From Defluviitaleaceae bacterium (GTDB lineage Bacteria; Bacillota; Clostridia; Lachnospirales; WQUN01), in assembly GCA_009779835.1 (NCBI GenBank), contig WRBD01000002.1:20622-84621 (forward strand): a stretch of DNA of 64,000 nt, written 5' to 3'. The notes beneath the pieces were generated by a model. The model had not been told where the DNA came from. It made no database searches and saw nothing but the letters and a program-made list of their open reading frames with translations. The position numbers were made by a program, and so were the translations under genes. Position 1 is the stretch's first letter. Every line of letters begins with the position of its first letter. Below are positions 53,198-63,193 of the stretch, piece after piece.

Positions 53198-56100
53198 ATG
53201 ATTAGAATAAGAACATTACTTTCAATTTATTTAGCATTTGTCATGACCGTTGCATCCGTTGCATTTCCCGCGCATTTAGTATCGGCTACGGGGAATCACC
53301 ATTTCACGGGCAATGGATTTGAAATTCGCTACACCGTACAGAGTTCGTGGATTAACGGTTACAGTGCCGCGTTGGAGATTATAAACACAAGTTCGCAATC
53401 TCTTGAAGAATGGACGTTGGTTATAAATTCTTCACCTGGATTGAATGCAGGAAACATTTCAGGCGGGAGGATTTTGGCTCAAAGTGCCGCAGAAACTGTA
53501 ATTGTCCACGCGGAATGGAATTCGGTAATACCCGCGGGAGGAAAAGCGAACCTTTCGTTTAACGGAACCCACAATGGCGTAACGCCGGTACCAACGTCTT
53601 TTCAGTTACTTTCCGCAAAGGACGCAAACACAGCAAGCCGAAGGCTAATTCCCTTGACTGAATATACAGTTGAACACATTGTGCATCATGAAACCTCTGA
53701 CAGCTTCAACAATGCCATTGTACTTACAAACAATACAGGAAGTTTAATCTACGGCTGGGAAGTGGAATTTGATATTTCGCCCGGTGCGGTAATAGATAAC
53801 GCTTTTGTTGCTAATATTTCCCAAGATGTTATTCCGGACGGTTCCCGTGTGACGCTTTCCAAGATAACCGGAAGCGGAATTGTTTGGCATCCGGGCATGG
53901 CAATGCATATACAGCTAATGGGCACAAAATCAAGCGATGTACCCGTAGCGTTTTCAAATTTCGCTGTGTATGAACGGACGGCAGGAAATAATAATACGCC
54001 GACACCGACACCGACTCCAACTCCATCTTCAACACCAACGCCCGAACCAACACCGCCGCCGGGGGATATGCCATATATTAGGGTTTTGACAGTATTTCCG
54101 GACAGCACAGTTAATTCATCTTTTGTAGATATCAAGTATATAGCCGAACCCGGTTACGGCGCGGATGTAACGGAAGTATTCTACTCTATTAATGGTCGCG
54201 TTCATGATTATATATACTGGCATGGCAACGCAACGCTGGGGGAAGCCCGTGTATTTATTATTCCCGGTTTAAATCAATTGGAGTTTACCGTGCGGGATTC
54301 GCTTGGACGCACGGCTAACTATGCTATCGAAAACATGCCGTATTTTGACCCCGGCGTTATTGCACCGTTGCCCGAGGATAAATACAAAGAAACTTCCGTG
54401 GTTTACGACGACGAATATTTTATAAATAACCGGCTTAAACTTTGGACTGTTTGGCCAAATGACCACATTAGCCATGATGAAATTATTAACGCAATTGACG
54501 CAAGCGGTTTGGAAGCCGTGGGTTATTCACATGTTACAGGCAGCTACACTGTTCAGGTACCGCAAAATAATGAAGCCGGGCTGGAGACGCTGGGCGAAAG
54601 CTTTGTTGCCGCGCACCCGCGCTTATTTGAGGGATTTGGATTGTTGGGTGGTTTTATTGACGATGACCGAGGACTGCGGGGCGGGATTATCAACGACAGA
54701 TACAATTGCCCTGATAAATTCGAAGACATAGCAAACCACGGTAATGCGGTTTGGCCTATGCCAAACCCTGCAAATGTAGAATACGCAACGCAAGATTACG
54801 TAATGCCCTATATCTACGAACACGGAGAATACAGAAGACGCTATCAATATTATATAAATAACCGCCTTATATTTCATTCGGCGCACCTAAGTTATGAGGA
54901 AATTGCCGAAATCATAGCTCCATATGGTGGAACAATTTTAGGCATTTCCCATATTACACGCCATGCCCTTATCGAATTCCCGACAAATAGCGTAGACGAA
55001 CTGCTTGAGCTTCTTGATTTGGATAATTACGATTGGAGTTTAGAGGAACCGAATCTTCGGCATTTGAGGGAACCGAATCTTATCATAGTACAATCTAATA
55101 ATATTAGTAATTTAGATGATTTCGATGAAAATATGACTTTCGATGCTGATACAGTGCTGCTTCACATGCGTAGTAGAATGCTTTTTGACACTTTTCCCCT
55201 TTCCGGTCGTAGGGGATTGCTTACCTCTGAGGGGGCGGATATATTTCTCTTAAATGAAGCGTGGCTGAACGGGGATGAATTTAACGGACTTGGACTGCGA
55301 GGCGGGATTATCAACGATAGCTTCTATTGCCCTGATAAATACCAAGACATGGCAAACCACGACCATGCAGTTTGGCCTATGCCAAACCCTACAAATGTAG
55401 AATACGCAACGCAAGATTACGTAATGCCCTATATCTACGAAAACGGAGAATACAGAAGACGATATCACTATTATATAAATAACCGCCTTATATTTCATTC
55501 AGCGCACCTAAGTTATGAGGAAATTGCCGAAATTATAGCTCCTTTTGACGGAACAATTCTAGGCATTTCCCATATTACACGCCATGCCCTTATCGAATTC
55601 CCGACAAATAGCGTAGACGAACTGCTTGAGCTTCTTGATTTGGATAATTACGATTGGAGTTTAGAGGAACCGAATCTTCGGTATCTGGGGGAACCGAATC
55701 TTATTATAGTACAGCCTGACAATGTTAATAATCTCCATGATTTCGATGAGAATATAATATTTGATGCTAATACAATACTCCGCATGAATCGTAGATTGCT
55801 TTTCAGCATTCATCACCTTTCCGGTCATAGGGCATTACCATCTGTTGATGAAGGCGCAGATATATTTCTCCTAAATGAAGCGTGGCTGAACGGAGGTGAA
55901 TTTTATTCCCGTCCCTTTCGAGGATACCCCGGATACGAATTTGATTATGGAGTTGCCCCGGCAAACATCCAATTCGAGCCATTTAGTACCGACACTGTTT
56001 CTGCTTGGGGGCTTAATTATATCAATATGCCTTGTGCCTGGGTTTATAATGAGGCGCAAGAAAACCACGAAAGAAAAAACGTCCGAATAGGAATAATTGA

Positions 56101-58681
56101 TACCTCAGTGCAAGCAAACCACCCACTGCTGGAAATTCCCACCGGAAATGTCCATACAAATATTCCAACTGGACACCCTCATGGTACAGGTGTAATGGGG
56201 ATAATCGGCGTGAGGCATAGGCGTGACAGCGGAACTGATCCAGCTATAAATATTGCCCGTGAAAATCTTTTTGCTTTTGACCGTAATACGGCAAGTCGTA
56301 CTACCGGGTTAGAGTGGAATATTATCAGAGGGGCAAGTGTTATCAATTTAAGCCAGGCTGTTCCTATTCGCGATAGAAGGGATTTTCAAACAAAGATGGA
56401 CAGGTTATTGGGCTTGGGATACAATTTTATTGTTGTACAGGCGGTCAATAACGCCAGAGAAAATGCAGATAATGACAAGGAAAATATCACATATACTCCT
56501 TCTGATGCAAGCGAGGAGGTGCGTTTACGCAATAGGAGGTTACGCCGAAACATTATAATGGTTGGCAACCTTACCCCGCCCGACGGACCTTATGCGCAAC
56601 CTGTTGAATGGGGAAGGATACAATATGACCCATCCCTTATTGCCAGTGATCACGACGGTGCGGGAAGCAGTTACGGCTATACTTTAGATGTTTTGGCTCC
56701 GGGAACGGGAATATATGTCATTCGTAACGGGATTTCTCAGACTCCCATAGCAAAAGCCGGCGCATCTTTCGCCGCAGCGCACGTATCTGCACTTGCGGCG
56801 TTAATTTGGGATGAACACCCGGGCTTTACAGGTGCGGAGGTTCGCAGAATTATCATAGAGTCTTCACGCCACCCGTCAAGAAGAATTACTGATATACGGG
56901 AATCCTTACGTAATGAATCTCAGGGGGAGCATTTTGGCAGAGACTATTATGTAATAGACGCACGGGCCGCAATGCAACTGGCAGAAAGTATAAGCTATCG
57001 CGCAAGCAGACGAGGACGGCTTGTAGGGTTGCTTGTTGCTGTCAAGTCAACAATATTCAACCCATTACCCTCTCCGTTTAACCATTATGCGCAACTTACC
57101 CTTACACCCGAGAATTGCTTTAAATCCGCGTCTTGCATTGGTTCCATGCCTTGCGAACATACTGCTATCATAGAAATAACCCCCGAAGACGAAGGGTTTT
57201 ACCGTTTCGATAATCTTACGGTGTTAAGCGAGCACGAAATACAAAATTTACCGGAACAAGAGAGAAGCCTTGCAAACCGTTATAGGCTAACAATAACCGC
57301 CGCCGGTTTTCACCCTGAAACTATTTACAATGTGCATATTCCAAGACCGGGTGTGTCAACACGTTTTGATGATATAAGATTGGTTCCTCTTTCCGAATCA
57401 ATCGCAAGCACAAACACGCTAGATGAAGATAGTCACTTTGCACCGTTCAGCATGGCTGTTGTCCCAATGAACGAACCGAGCGCAAGAGTAGGCGGTAGCA
57501 TATACACAGAAGACAACGAACCGTTTGAAGGCACTGTAACCATTGAGTTACACCGCGGCATATATCTCCTTGAGCCGGAAATGCTGGAATGCGAAGAATG
57601 GGCAGGATTAATTGAATCACTTGAAATGCAACCCGTTAGAACATTGGTAGTATCCAACGGCAATTTTTATGCGGAGGGGCTTCCCCCCGGCAACTACACT
57701 GTAATTGTTTCGGGATGTTGTATAGACACGGAAATAGCCCATGTGATTTCCCACTGGGACGGCGATGGATACTGGCTTAACCAAGATATAATCGTGCGTA
57801 CACGAACGCCAAAGGTTATAAATGATGCCTTTGAGTGCCCGGTGTTTCTACGGTTTGTTCAATCGAACTTATTCAAAGAACATGACGACCCTGTGTATTG
57901 CTGTGACGTGGCAGATGTTACCGGTATAAATGTTCAGAGATTTAGCATTAATAGCCCGGCAATAACCAGCCTTGCAGGAATAGAATATTTCACCTCTTTG
58001 CGCTCATTGTCCGCCAGAGGGAATCAAATAACTACTGTTGATTTTTCAAATAATAGATATTTGCGTGATGTTGGTATTTGGAATAATCAATTGATCGAAC
58101 TGAATGTTTCTAAAAACATATATTTGGAATTCTTGAATGTTAATGGCAATCAACTAATCAGCTTGGATTTATCAAGCAACAGATATTTAAAGCAACTTCG
58201 TGTTGGCAGGAATCAACTTACCAATCTAGTGCTTCCAAACAGTTTGGGGTTTGAAGTGCTTCACGCAGAAGCCAACAATTTGCACAATGTAGATTTGTCG
58301 AATAATCCGGCTTTACGTTGGGTTCATCTTTGTGAAAATCGGCTTACCGGCATAGACTTATCAAACAACGTGAATTTGATAAATGGCGGTATGTGCCTTA
58401 TCTTGAATTATATAACTTCAATTAATAGCATTGTGGGATGGGGACAAGCCGAACTAACTCAAGGCTTAAATTTGTGGTTTGACCCGTGGCGAACTATTTC
58501 GAGCTCGTCAACACTAACGCCATTCGGTTTAGAGTTTGACTTGTACGACCATTTGCCTGATACGTGCTGTAATCACAACGAGTTTGATTTCTTGTTCTCC
58601 ATCTCTGATGTCCCTGACCCCTCCGATATCCCCGGCAAACATTTCTGCACCACAAATATTCCGGAATTCCCGGGGTTATAA
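53198..58681 (+). CDS. Giant secreted multidomain subtilase (S8): 2x CBM2-like, PT linker, repeated prodomain-like modules, S8 catalytic domain, C-terminal leucine-rich repeats
   Basis: Signal peptide. Two CBM2-like modules (GFEIRYTVQSSWINGYSAALEIINTS...). [22 protein letters not shown] linker. S8 triad: IGIIDTS (Asp codon 56099-56101), HPHGTGVMG (His codon 56180-56182), GASFAAAHV (Ser codon 56765-56767). LRRs: NQITTVDFSNNRYLRDVGIWNNQLIELNVSKN... at about 57960-58400. Confidence 0.8.
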   Translation: MIRIRTLLSIYLAFVMTVASVAFPAHLVSATGNHHFTGNGFEIRYTVQSSWINGYSAALEIINTSSQSLEEWTLVINSSPGLNAGNISGGRILAQSAAETVIVHAEWNSVIPAGGKANLSFNGTHNGVTPVPTSFQLLSAKDANTASRRLIPLTEYTVEHIVHHETSDSFNNAIVLTNNTGSLIYGWEVEFDISPGAVIDNAFVANISQDVIPDGSRVTLSKITGSGIVWHPGMAMHIQLMGTKSSDVPVAFSNFAVYERTAGNNNTPTPTPTPTPSSTPTPEPTPPPGDMPYIRVLTVFPDSTVNSSFVDIKYIAEPGYGADVTEVFYSINGRVHDYIYWHGNATLGEARVFIIPGLNQLEFTVRDSLGRTANYAIENMPYFDPGVIAPLPEDKYKETSVVYDDEYFINNRLKLWTVWPNDHISHDEIINAIDASGLEAVGYSHVTGSYTVQVPQNNEAGLETLGESFVAAHPRLFEGFGLLGGFIDDDRGLRGGIINDRYNCPDKFEDIANHGNAVWPMPNPANVEYATQDYVMPYIYEHGEYRRRYQYYINNRLIFHSAHLSYEEIAEIIAPYGGTILGISHITRHALIEFPTNSVDELLELLDLDNYDWSLEEPNLRHLREPNLIIVQSNNISNLDDFDENMTFDADTVLLHMRSRMLFDTFPLSGRRGLLTSEGADIFLLNEAWLNGDEFNGLGLRGGIINDSFYCPDKYQDMANHDHAVWPMPNPTNVEYATQDYVMPYIYENGEYRRRYHYYINNRLIFHSAHLSYEEIAEIIAPFDGTILGISHITRHALIEFPTNSVDELLELLDLDNYDWSLEEPNLRYLGEPNLIIVQPDNVNNLHDFDENIIFDANTILRMNRRLLFSIHHLSGHRALPSVDEGADIFLLNEAWLNGGEFYSRPFRGYPGYEFDYGVAPANIQFEPFSTDTVSAWGLNYINMPCAWVYNEAQENHERKNVRIGIIDTSVQANHPLLEIPTGNVHTNIPTGHPHGTGVMGIIGVRHRRDSGTDPAINIARENLFAFDRNTASRTTGLEWNIIRGASVINLSQAVPIRDRRDFQTKMDRLLGLGYNFIVVQAVNNARENADNDKENITYTPSDASEEVRLRNRRLRRNIIMVGNLTPPDGPYAQPVEWGRIQYDPSLIASDHDGAGSSYGYTLDVLAPGTGIYVIRNGISQTPIAKAGASFAAAHVSALAALIWDEHPGFTGAEVRRIIIESSRHPSRRITDIRESLRNESQGEHFGRDYYVIDARAAMQLAESISYRASRRGRLVGLLVAVKSTIFNPLPSPFNHYAQLTLTPENCFKSASCIGSMPCEHTAIIEITPEDEGFYRFDNLTVLSEHEIQNLPEQERSLANRYRLTITAAGFHPETIYNVHIPRPGVSTRFDDIRLVPLSESIASTNTLDEDSHFAPFSMAVVPMNEPSARVGGSIYTEDNEPFEGTVTIELHRGIYLLEPEMLECEEWAGLIESLEMQPVRTLVVSNGNFYAEGLPPGNYTVIVSGCCIDTEIAHVISHWDGDGYWLNQDIIVRTRTPKVINDAFECPVFLRFVQSNLFKEHDDPVYCCDVADVTGINVQRFSINSPAITSLAGIEYFTSLRSLSARGNQITTVDFSNNRYLRDVGIWNNQLIELNVSKNIYLEFLNVNGNQLISLDLSSNRYLKQLRVGRNQLTNLVLPNSLGFEVLHAEANNLHNVDLSNNPALRWVHLCENRLTGIDLSNNVNLINGGMCLILNYITSINSIVGWGQAELTQGLNLWFDPWRTISSSSTLTPFGLEFDLYDHLPDTCCNHNEFDFLFSISDVPDPSDIPGKHFCTTNIPEFPGL
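54674..55903 (+). repeat. Intragenic tandem duplication, two units of 621 nt (207 aa)
   Basis: Unit 1 is 54674-55294 and unit 2 is 55295 to about 55903. They include a 120-nt identical run (54941-55060 = 55562-55681). Protein repeat: LRGGIIND..CPDK..D.ANH..AVWPMPNP.NVEYATQDYVMPYIYE.GEYRRRY.YYINNRLIFHSAHLSYEEIAEII... Confidence 0.9.
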
Positions 58682-58711
58682 GCTTATTTCAACAAGCTCT
58701 TTAAGTATGTA

Positions 58712-58785
58712 AAAGCGAGGGAGGGTTGTGTACTTTGCGTAGCAACTTGCGAAGCAATCACACAGCCTTCCCTCGCTTTGTTATT
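58712..58785 (+). terminator. Terminator after the giant protease gene
   Basis: Long imperfect stem GCGAGGGAGGGTTGTGT ... ACACAGCCTTCCCTCGC, followed by TTTGTTATT. Confidence 0.6.
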
Positions 58786-58907
58786 CCTTGAAAAAAATAA
58801 AAAAAACGAAATGACATTTGCAATATGTAATAAAAATGTTATACTTTAAATTGAAACAAGCTCGCCGGAGGACGGGTCTTTTCGTGTGGAGGAAGGGGTA
58901 TTGTCGG

Positions 58908-59945
58908 ATGAAAATAATTTACATAGTTGATGATAATGCAACAAATCTTGTAACCGCAAAAAATGCGCTGGAGGGTATTTATGAAACTTTCGCTCTACCA
59001 TCTGCGGCGAAAATGTTCAAGCTTTTAGAAAGAATCACACCGGACTTAATTTTGCTGGACGTTGAAATGCCGGAAATGAACGGTTTTGAAGCGTTGCAAA
59101 TTTTAAAATCGGACGAGGCGTTTAAAAATATTCCGGTAGTTTTTTTGACGGCGAAAAATGATACAGAATCGGAAATACGCGGGTTTGAGATTGGCGCGAT
59201 TGATTTTATCAACAAACCGTTTTCACCGCCGGTGTTAATTAAGCGGATTGAAACACATATTGAAATGGATAAACTTATTAAAAAAAGCTTGCAAAGTGTG
59301 CGTAATATTTATAACGCAACAATAACAAACATTGCGGACATGGTTGAAAGCCGCGACGAAACAACCGGCGGGCATGTTGGCAGAACGCAAAAATATTTGA
59401 CAATTCTTGTGAACCGGCTGCTAAAATCCGGCGCGTATGCGGAAATGGAGGATTGGAATTTAGAGCTGCTTATACCGTCGGCGCAGCTTCATGATGTCGG
59501 CAAAATCAAGGTAAGCGATTTAATTCTTAACAAGCCCGGCAAATTAACCGACGAGGAATTTGCTATAATAAAAAAACATTGCGCGGACGGCGAATATATT
59601 ATTGATAAAATTATCCATGATGCGGGTGAGGACAGTTTTTTAATTCACGCGAAACTTTTTGCGGGATATCACCACGAAAAATGGGACGGAAGTGGTTATC
59701 CACGGGGGTTAAGCGGCGAAGGTATTCCGCTCGAAGGGCGCATTATGGCAGTTGCAGACGTATACGATGCTCTTGTTTCCGAACGCCCGTATAAAAAACC
59801 GTTCACGCATGAAAAAGCGGTTGAAATTATTAAAAATGACAGCGGCACACATTTCGACCCGAAAATAGTAGAAGAGTTTTTGGATGCGTCGGAAGATTTC
59901 CGGGTTAAATCCAGGAGTATGAATGGGGACGGTGAAAAATGTTAA
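58908..59945 (+). CDS. Response regulator with HD-GYP (c-di-GMP phosphodiesterase-type) output domain
   Basis: REC domain (IVDDN...LILLDVEMPEMNGFE...FLTAK), then HD-GYP (QLHDVGKI...HHEKWDGSGYPRGL). Start set at ATG 58908 after GGAGGAAGGGG. Confidence 0.85.
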   Translation: MKIIYIVDDNATNLVTAKNALEGIYETFALPSAAKMFKLLERITPDLILLDVEMPEMNGFEALQILKSDEAFKNIPVVFLTAKNDTESEIRGFEIGAIDFINKPFSPPVLIKRIETHIEMDKLIKKSLQSVRNIYNATITNIADMVESRDETTGGHVGRTQKYLTILVNRLLKSGAYAEMEDWNLELLIPSAQLHDVGKIKVSDLILNKPGKLTDEEFAIIKKHCADGEYIIDKIIHDAGEDSFLIHAKLFAGYHHEKWDGSGYPRGLSGEGIPLEGRIMAVADVYDALVSERPYKKPFTHEKAVEIIKNDSGTHFDPKIVEEFLDASEDFRVKSRSMNGDGEKC

Positions 59946-61132
59946 AAATTTATACAGCGTTTACAAGGGAAATTGACAACCCGGCAACCGCCGCAAATGA
60001 AATTTTACAACAGCTTAATCCGGAAGCGAATGCGTTAAAAAACACGGTAGGCATCATTCATTTTTATCACGAATTTGTGGAAACAGGAGCCTGCCAAGCG
60101 GTCATAGACGCTTTGCCGTTTGAAACGGTGGGCTGCGTTTCTACGTATGTCGGTTCGTGCGAGACATACGACGAAGTCGCGTTATCCGTTACAATGATTA
60201 CCGGCGACGAACTTGATTACTCCATAAAAACAGTTGATGACTGCACAAAAAAATCCCGCGCCGAAATCGCCGGGGAAGCACAAAAAATTTTTGCCGGGTT
60301 TACCGAAACAGATAAACCGAAAATTGTAATGCCGTACTTACCGGCAATGCAAAACTTTAGCGGCGACGATTTGGTTGCGGCGGCAAACGATTTTTCTGAA
60401 ACTGTTCCGCTTTTCGGGACAATTGCGTTTAACATGGAAAACATGGCTGATTCTCATTATGTTTTGGGCAAAGGAAAATTTTCAACGGATATGCTGGTTT
60501 TCATGGCACTTTACGGAAACTTCCAGCCGAAATTCCATACAACGTCTGCATTTGATTTTGAAGAGGGAATAGGCAACACTGCAAAAATTGACGACTCAGA
60601 CGGAACAATTTTAAAATCGGTAAACGGTATGACCGCCGTTGCATATTTAAAAAAACAAGGAATGGTAACTTCCGACAATGCCGTTGAAGGCTTGGTATGG
60701 GCACTTCCTGCTATTTTGGATTATTCAAACGGTACGCGTATTGTTCGTTCTTTTTTAGGCGTAGTCGAAGGTACGGAACATATTTTTGCAACGGGCGAAT
60801 TGGAAAAAGGCGCGAATATTTCTTTCACATATTTAGATGCGTCTAAAACATTGGCAAGTACGGAAAAATTATTGGAAGAAATAAATGCCGCAAAGGAAAA
60901 CGGAGTTATTATATATAGCTGTGCGGCACGGGCATGGTCGTTAGGTTCAAATCATTTTGCGGAAGCGGAAAAAATCGTTGAACACGCCGGGGAATACCGT
61001 GCAAATTACAACACGGAACTTAATTACAGCGTGGCTTATTCCGGCGGAGAAATTTCCCCTATTATTAACATCGACGGTAAACTTATAAATATTTTGCATA
61101 ATTACACACTAATCTCATGCGCTTTTAGCTAA
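59939..61132 (+). CDS. FIST-domain-like sensory protein
   Basis: 397-aa soluble protein whose organisation resembles FIST_N/FIST_C. Its start overlaps the response-regulator stop (ATGTTAA). The domain call is from general pattern only. Confidence 0.45.
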   Translation: MLKIYTAFTREIDNPATAANEILQQLNPEANALKNTVGIIHFYHEFVETGACQAVIDALPFETVGCVSTYVGSCETYDEVALSVTMITGDELDYSIKTVDDCTKKSRAEIAGEAQKIFAGFTETDKPKIVMPYLPAMQNFSGDDLVAAANDFSETVPLFGTIAFNMENMADSHYVLGKGKFSTDMLVFMALYGNFQPKFHTTSAFDFEEGIGNTAKIDDSDGTILKSVNGMTAVAYLKKQGMVTSDNAVEGLVWALPAILDYSNGTRIVRSFLGVVEGTEHIFATGELEKGANISFTYLDASKTLASTEKLLEEINAAKENGVIIYSCAARAWSLGSNHFAEAEKIVEHAGEYRANYNTELNYSVAYSGGEISPIINIDGKLINILHNYTLISCAFS

Positions 61133-61144
61133 GGCGGCGGGTAA

Positions 61145-63193
61145 ATGGAACAAGAACTGCGGGATGAAATCAGCAGACTAAAATCGGAGCTGCGAACGAT
61201 GGACCGCGAATTAAAAAAGCAGGTACGCGCAAAAACATTTATTGAAAATAATTTAAACGTAAGAATGAATATGTTTCGCGCGCTTGCGAATGAAAACGAA
61301 AAGTACAGACGCTTTCTTAATCAGATGATGAAAAACAGCGTCGATTTTTTGTTGCTTTTAGACGGTGCGCTTAATGTTGCATATTACTCCGAAGTTTTTT
61401 TGCGGAATTTTCAACCGGAACAAGTTGCCGGAATCGAAGGAAAAAATATTATTGATGTGTACCAATTATTCACTTGCGGCGAAGTGTTTGAGCAATTACA
61501 AAACGGAATCGACGAAGCTATTAATTCAAGCAAAACAGTTCGCGTAGATATCGTAATTGGTTCCGGCGACAGCCAGCGATTTTACCGCGTAATAAATACT
61601 CCGATTCTTGACGAGCAGGTATTGTGCGGTTTTTTAATTGACTGGAGTGACATGACCGATATCATTAACGCGAAAAACGAAGCAGAAAGCGCCAGCAAAA
61701 GCAAATCTGATTTTTTAGCGACAGTGTAGCATGAAATCCGCACACCTATGAACGCAATAATCGGCATTGCGCAAATCGAATTGCAAAAAACAAATTTAAC
61801 GCTGGAATACGCGTCTTCACTTCAAAGAATTTATAATTCCGGAAACAGTTTGCTAGGGATAATTAACGATATTCTTGATATGTCGAAAATCGAAACGGGC
61901 AAGCTGGAACTAAACCCCTTTGAATACGATTTCCCAAGCATGATTAACGATGCGATTCAGCTTAATATGGTGCGGATAGGTTCAAGTCCGATTGATTTTA
62001 TTTTAGATTTAGACGAAAACTTGCCTTCGCGTTTGTACGGTGATGAGTTGCGGATTAAACAAATTTTAAATAACCTGCTTTCAAACGCGATTAAATATAC
62101 AAAAAAGGGACATGTGAAATTGTCGATAGGTCACGTGCCGATGGAGGGAGAAGTAAAATTATTTTTCGTCGTAGAAGACACGGGGCAGGGTATGAAGCCC
62201 GAAGACGCGCGGCGGCTTTTTTCCGGACAATATATGCGTTTTAACGCCGAAGCAAACCGCGATACCGAAGGAACCGGTCTTGGCCTTAACATTACGCAAA
62301 ATCTTATTGAGCTGATGGGCGGCACTATCGGAGTGGAAAGCGAATACAATAAGGGAAGTACGTTCTATGTTGAAATCACTCAAAAATCGGTCAAATGTCT
62401 GCCAATCGGTGCGGAACTTGCCGAAAGCTTGCGCAACTTTAAATTTTCCGGAGATAAGCAGTCCGCGTTTTTGCAAATCACCCGCGAACTGATGCCCTAC
62501 GGAAGCGTTTTGGTTGTTGACGATGTTGAAACAAATTTATATGTAGCGGAAGGGCTTCTCAGTTCATACGGCTTAAGAATTGACACCGCACTAAGCGGTT
62601 TTGCAGCAATCGAAAAAATTGAAAAAGGTAATAAATACGATGTAATTTTTATGGACCATATGATGCCTGTAATGGATGGAGTAGAAACTACGCAAGAACT
62701 GCGCAAGCGCAAATACATGAAGGCAATCATTGCGCTAACGGCAAATGCTTTGGTCGGCAACGACAAAGTGTTTATGCGAAAAGGCTTTGACGGATTCATT
62801 TCAAAACCGATTGACATTCGGGAGTTGGATAGTATTTTAAATAGATTTATCCGCGATAAATATCCAAATGAAGCAAGAAAATACAAACCGGATACTATTT
62901 CCGAAACGTTGAAAATAAATGCGAAGGTGCTTCAAGTTTTTTGCGGCGACGCAGAAAAAGCAATAATTACATTACAAGATTCTTTTGCGAACGTCGATAT
63001 GGAATTATTTGCAACGACAGCGCACGCAATAAAAACCGCGTTGTCGAACGTGGCTGAGTTTAGTGCGTCGTATAGAGCAGAAAAACTGGAAAACGCCGGG
63101 CTTAACGGTGATACAAATTATATTTCCGAAAATATAGACGAATTTATTGAAACGCTTGAAGATTTAATTGAAAAAGCCGGTAATTTGCTGTGA
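61145..63193 (+). pseudogene. Hybrid sensor histidine kinase (PAS-HisKA-HATPase-REC-HPt) interrupted by one in-frame TAG in the H-box
   Basis: ORFs 61145-61729 and 61748-63193 are in the same frame. The junction reads SDFLATV-TAG(61727-61729)-HEIRTPMNAIIG, i.e. the canonical FLAxxSHEIRTP H-box with the Ser codon replaced by a stop. Downstream are G1/G2 boxes (EDTGQGM, GTGLGLNI), REC (VVDDVETN...MDHMMPVMDG...LTANA) and an HPt-like tail. Confidence 0.75.
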
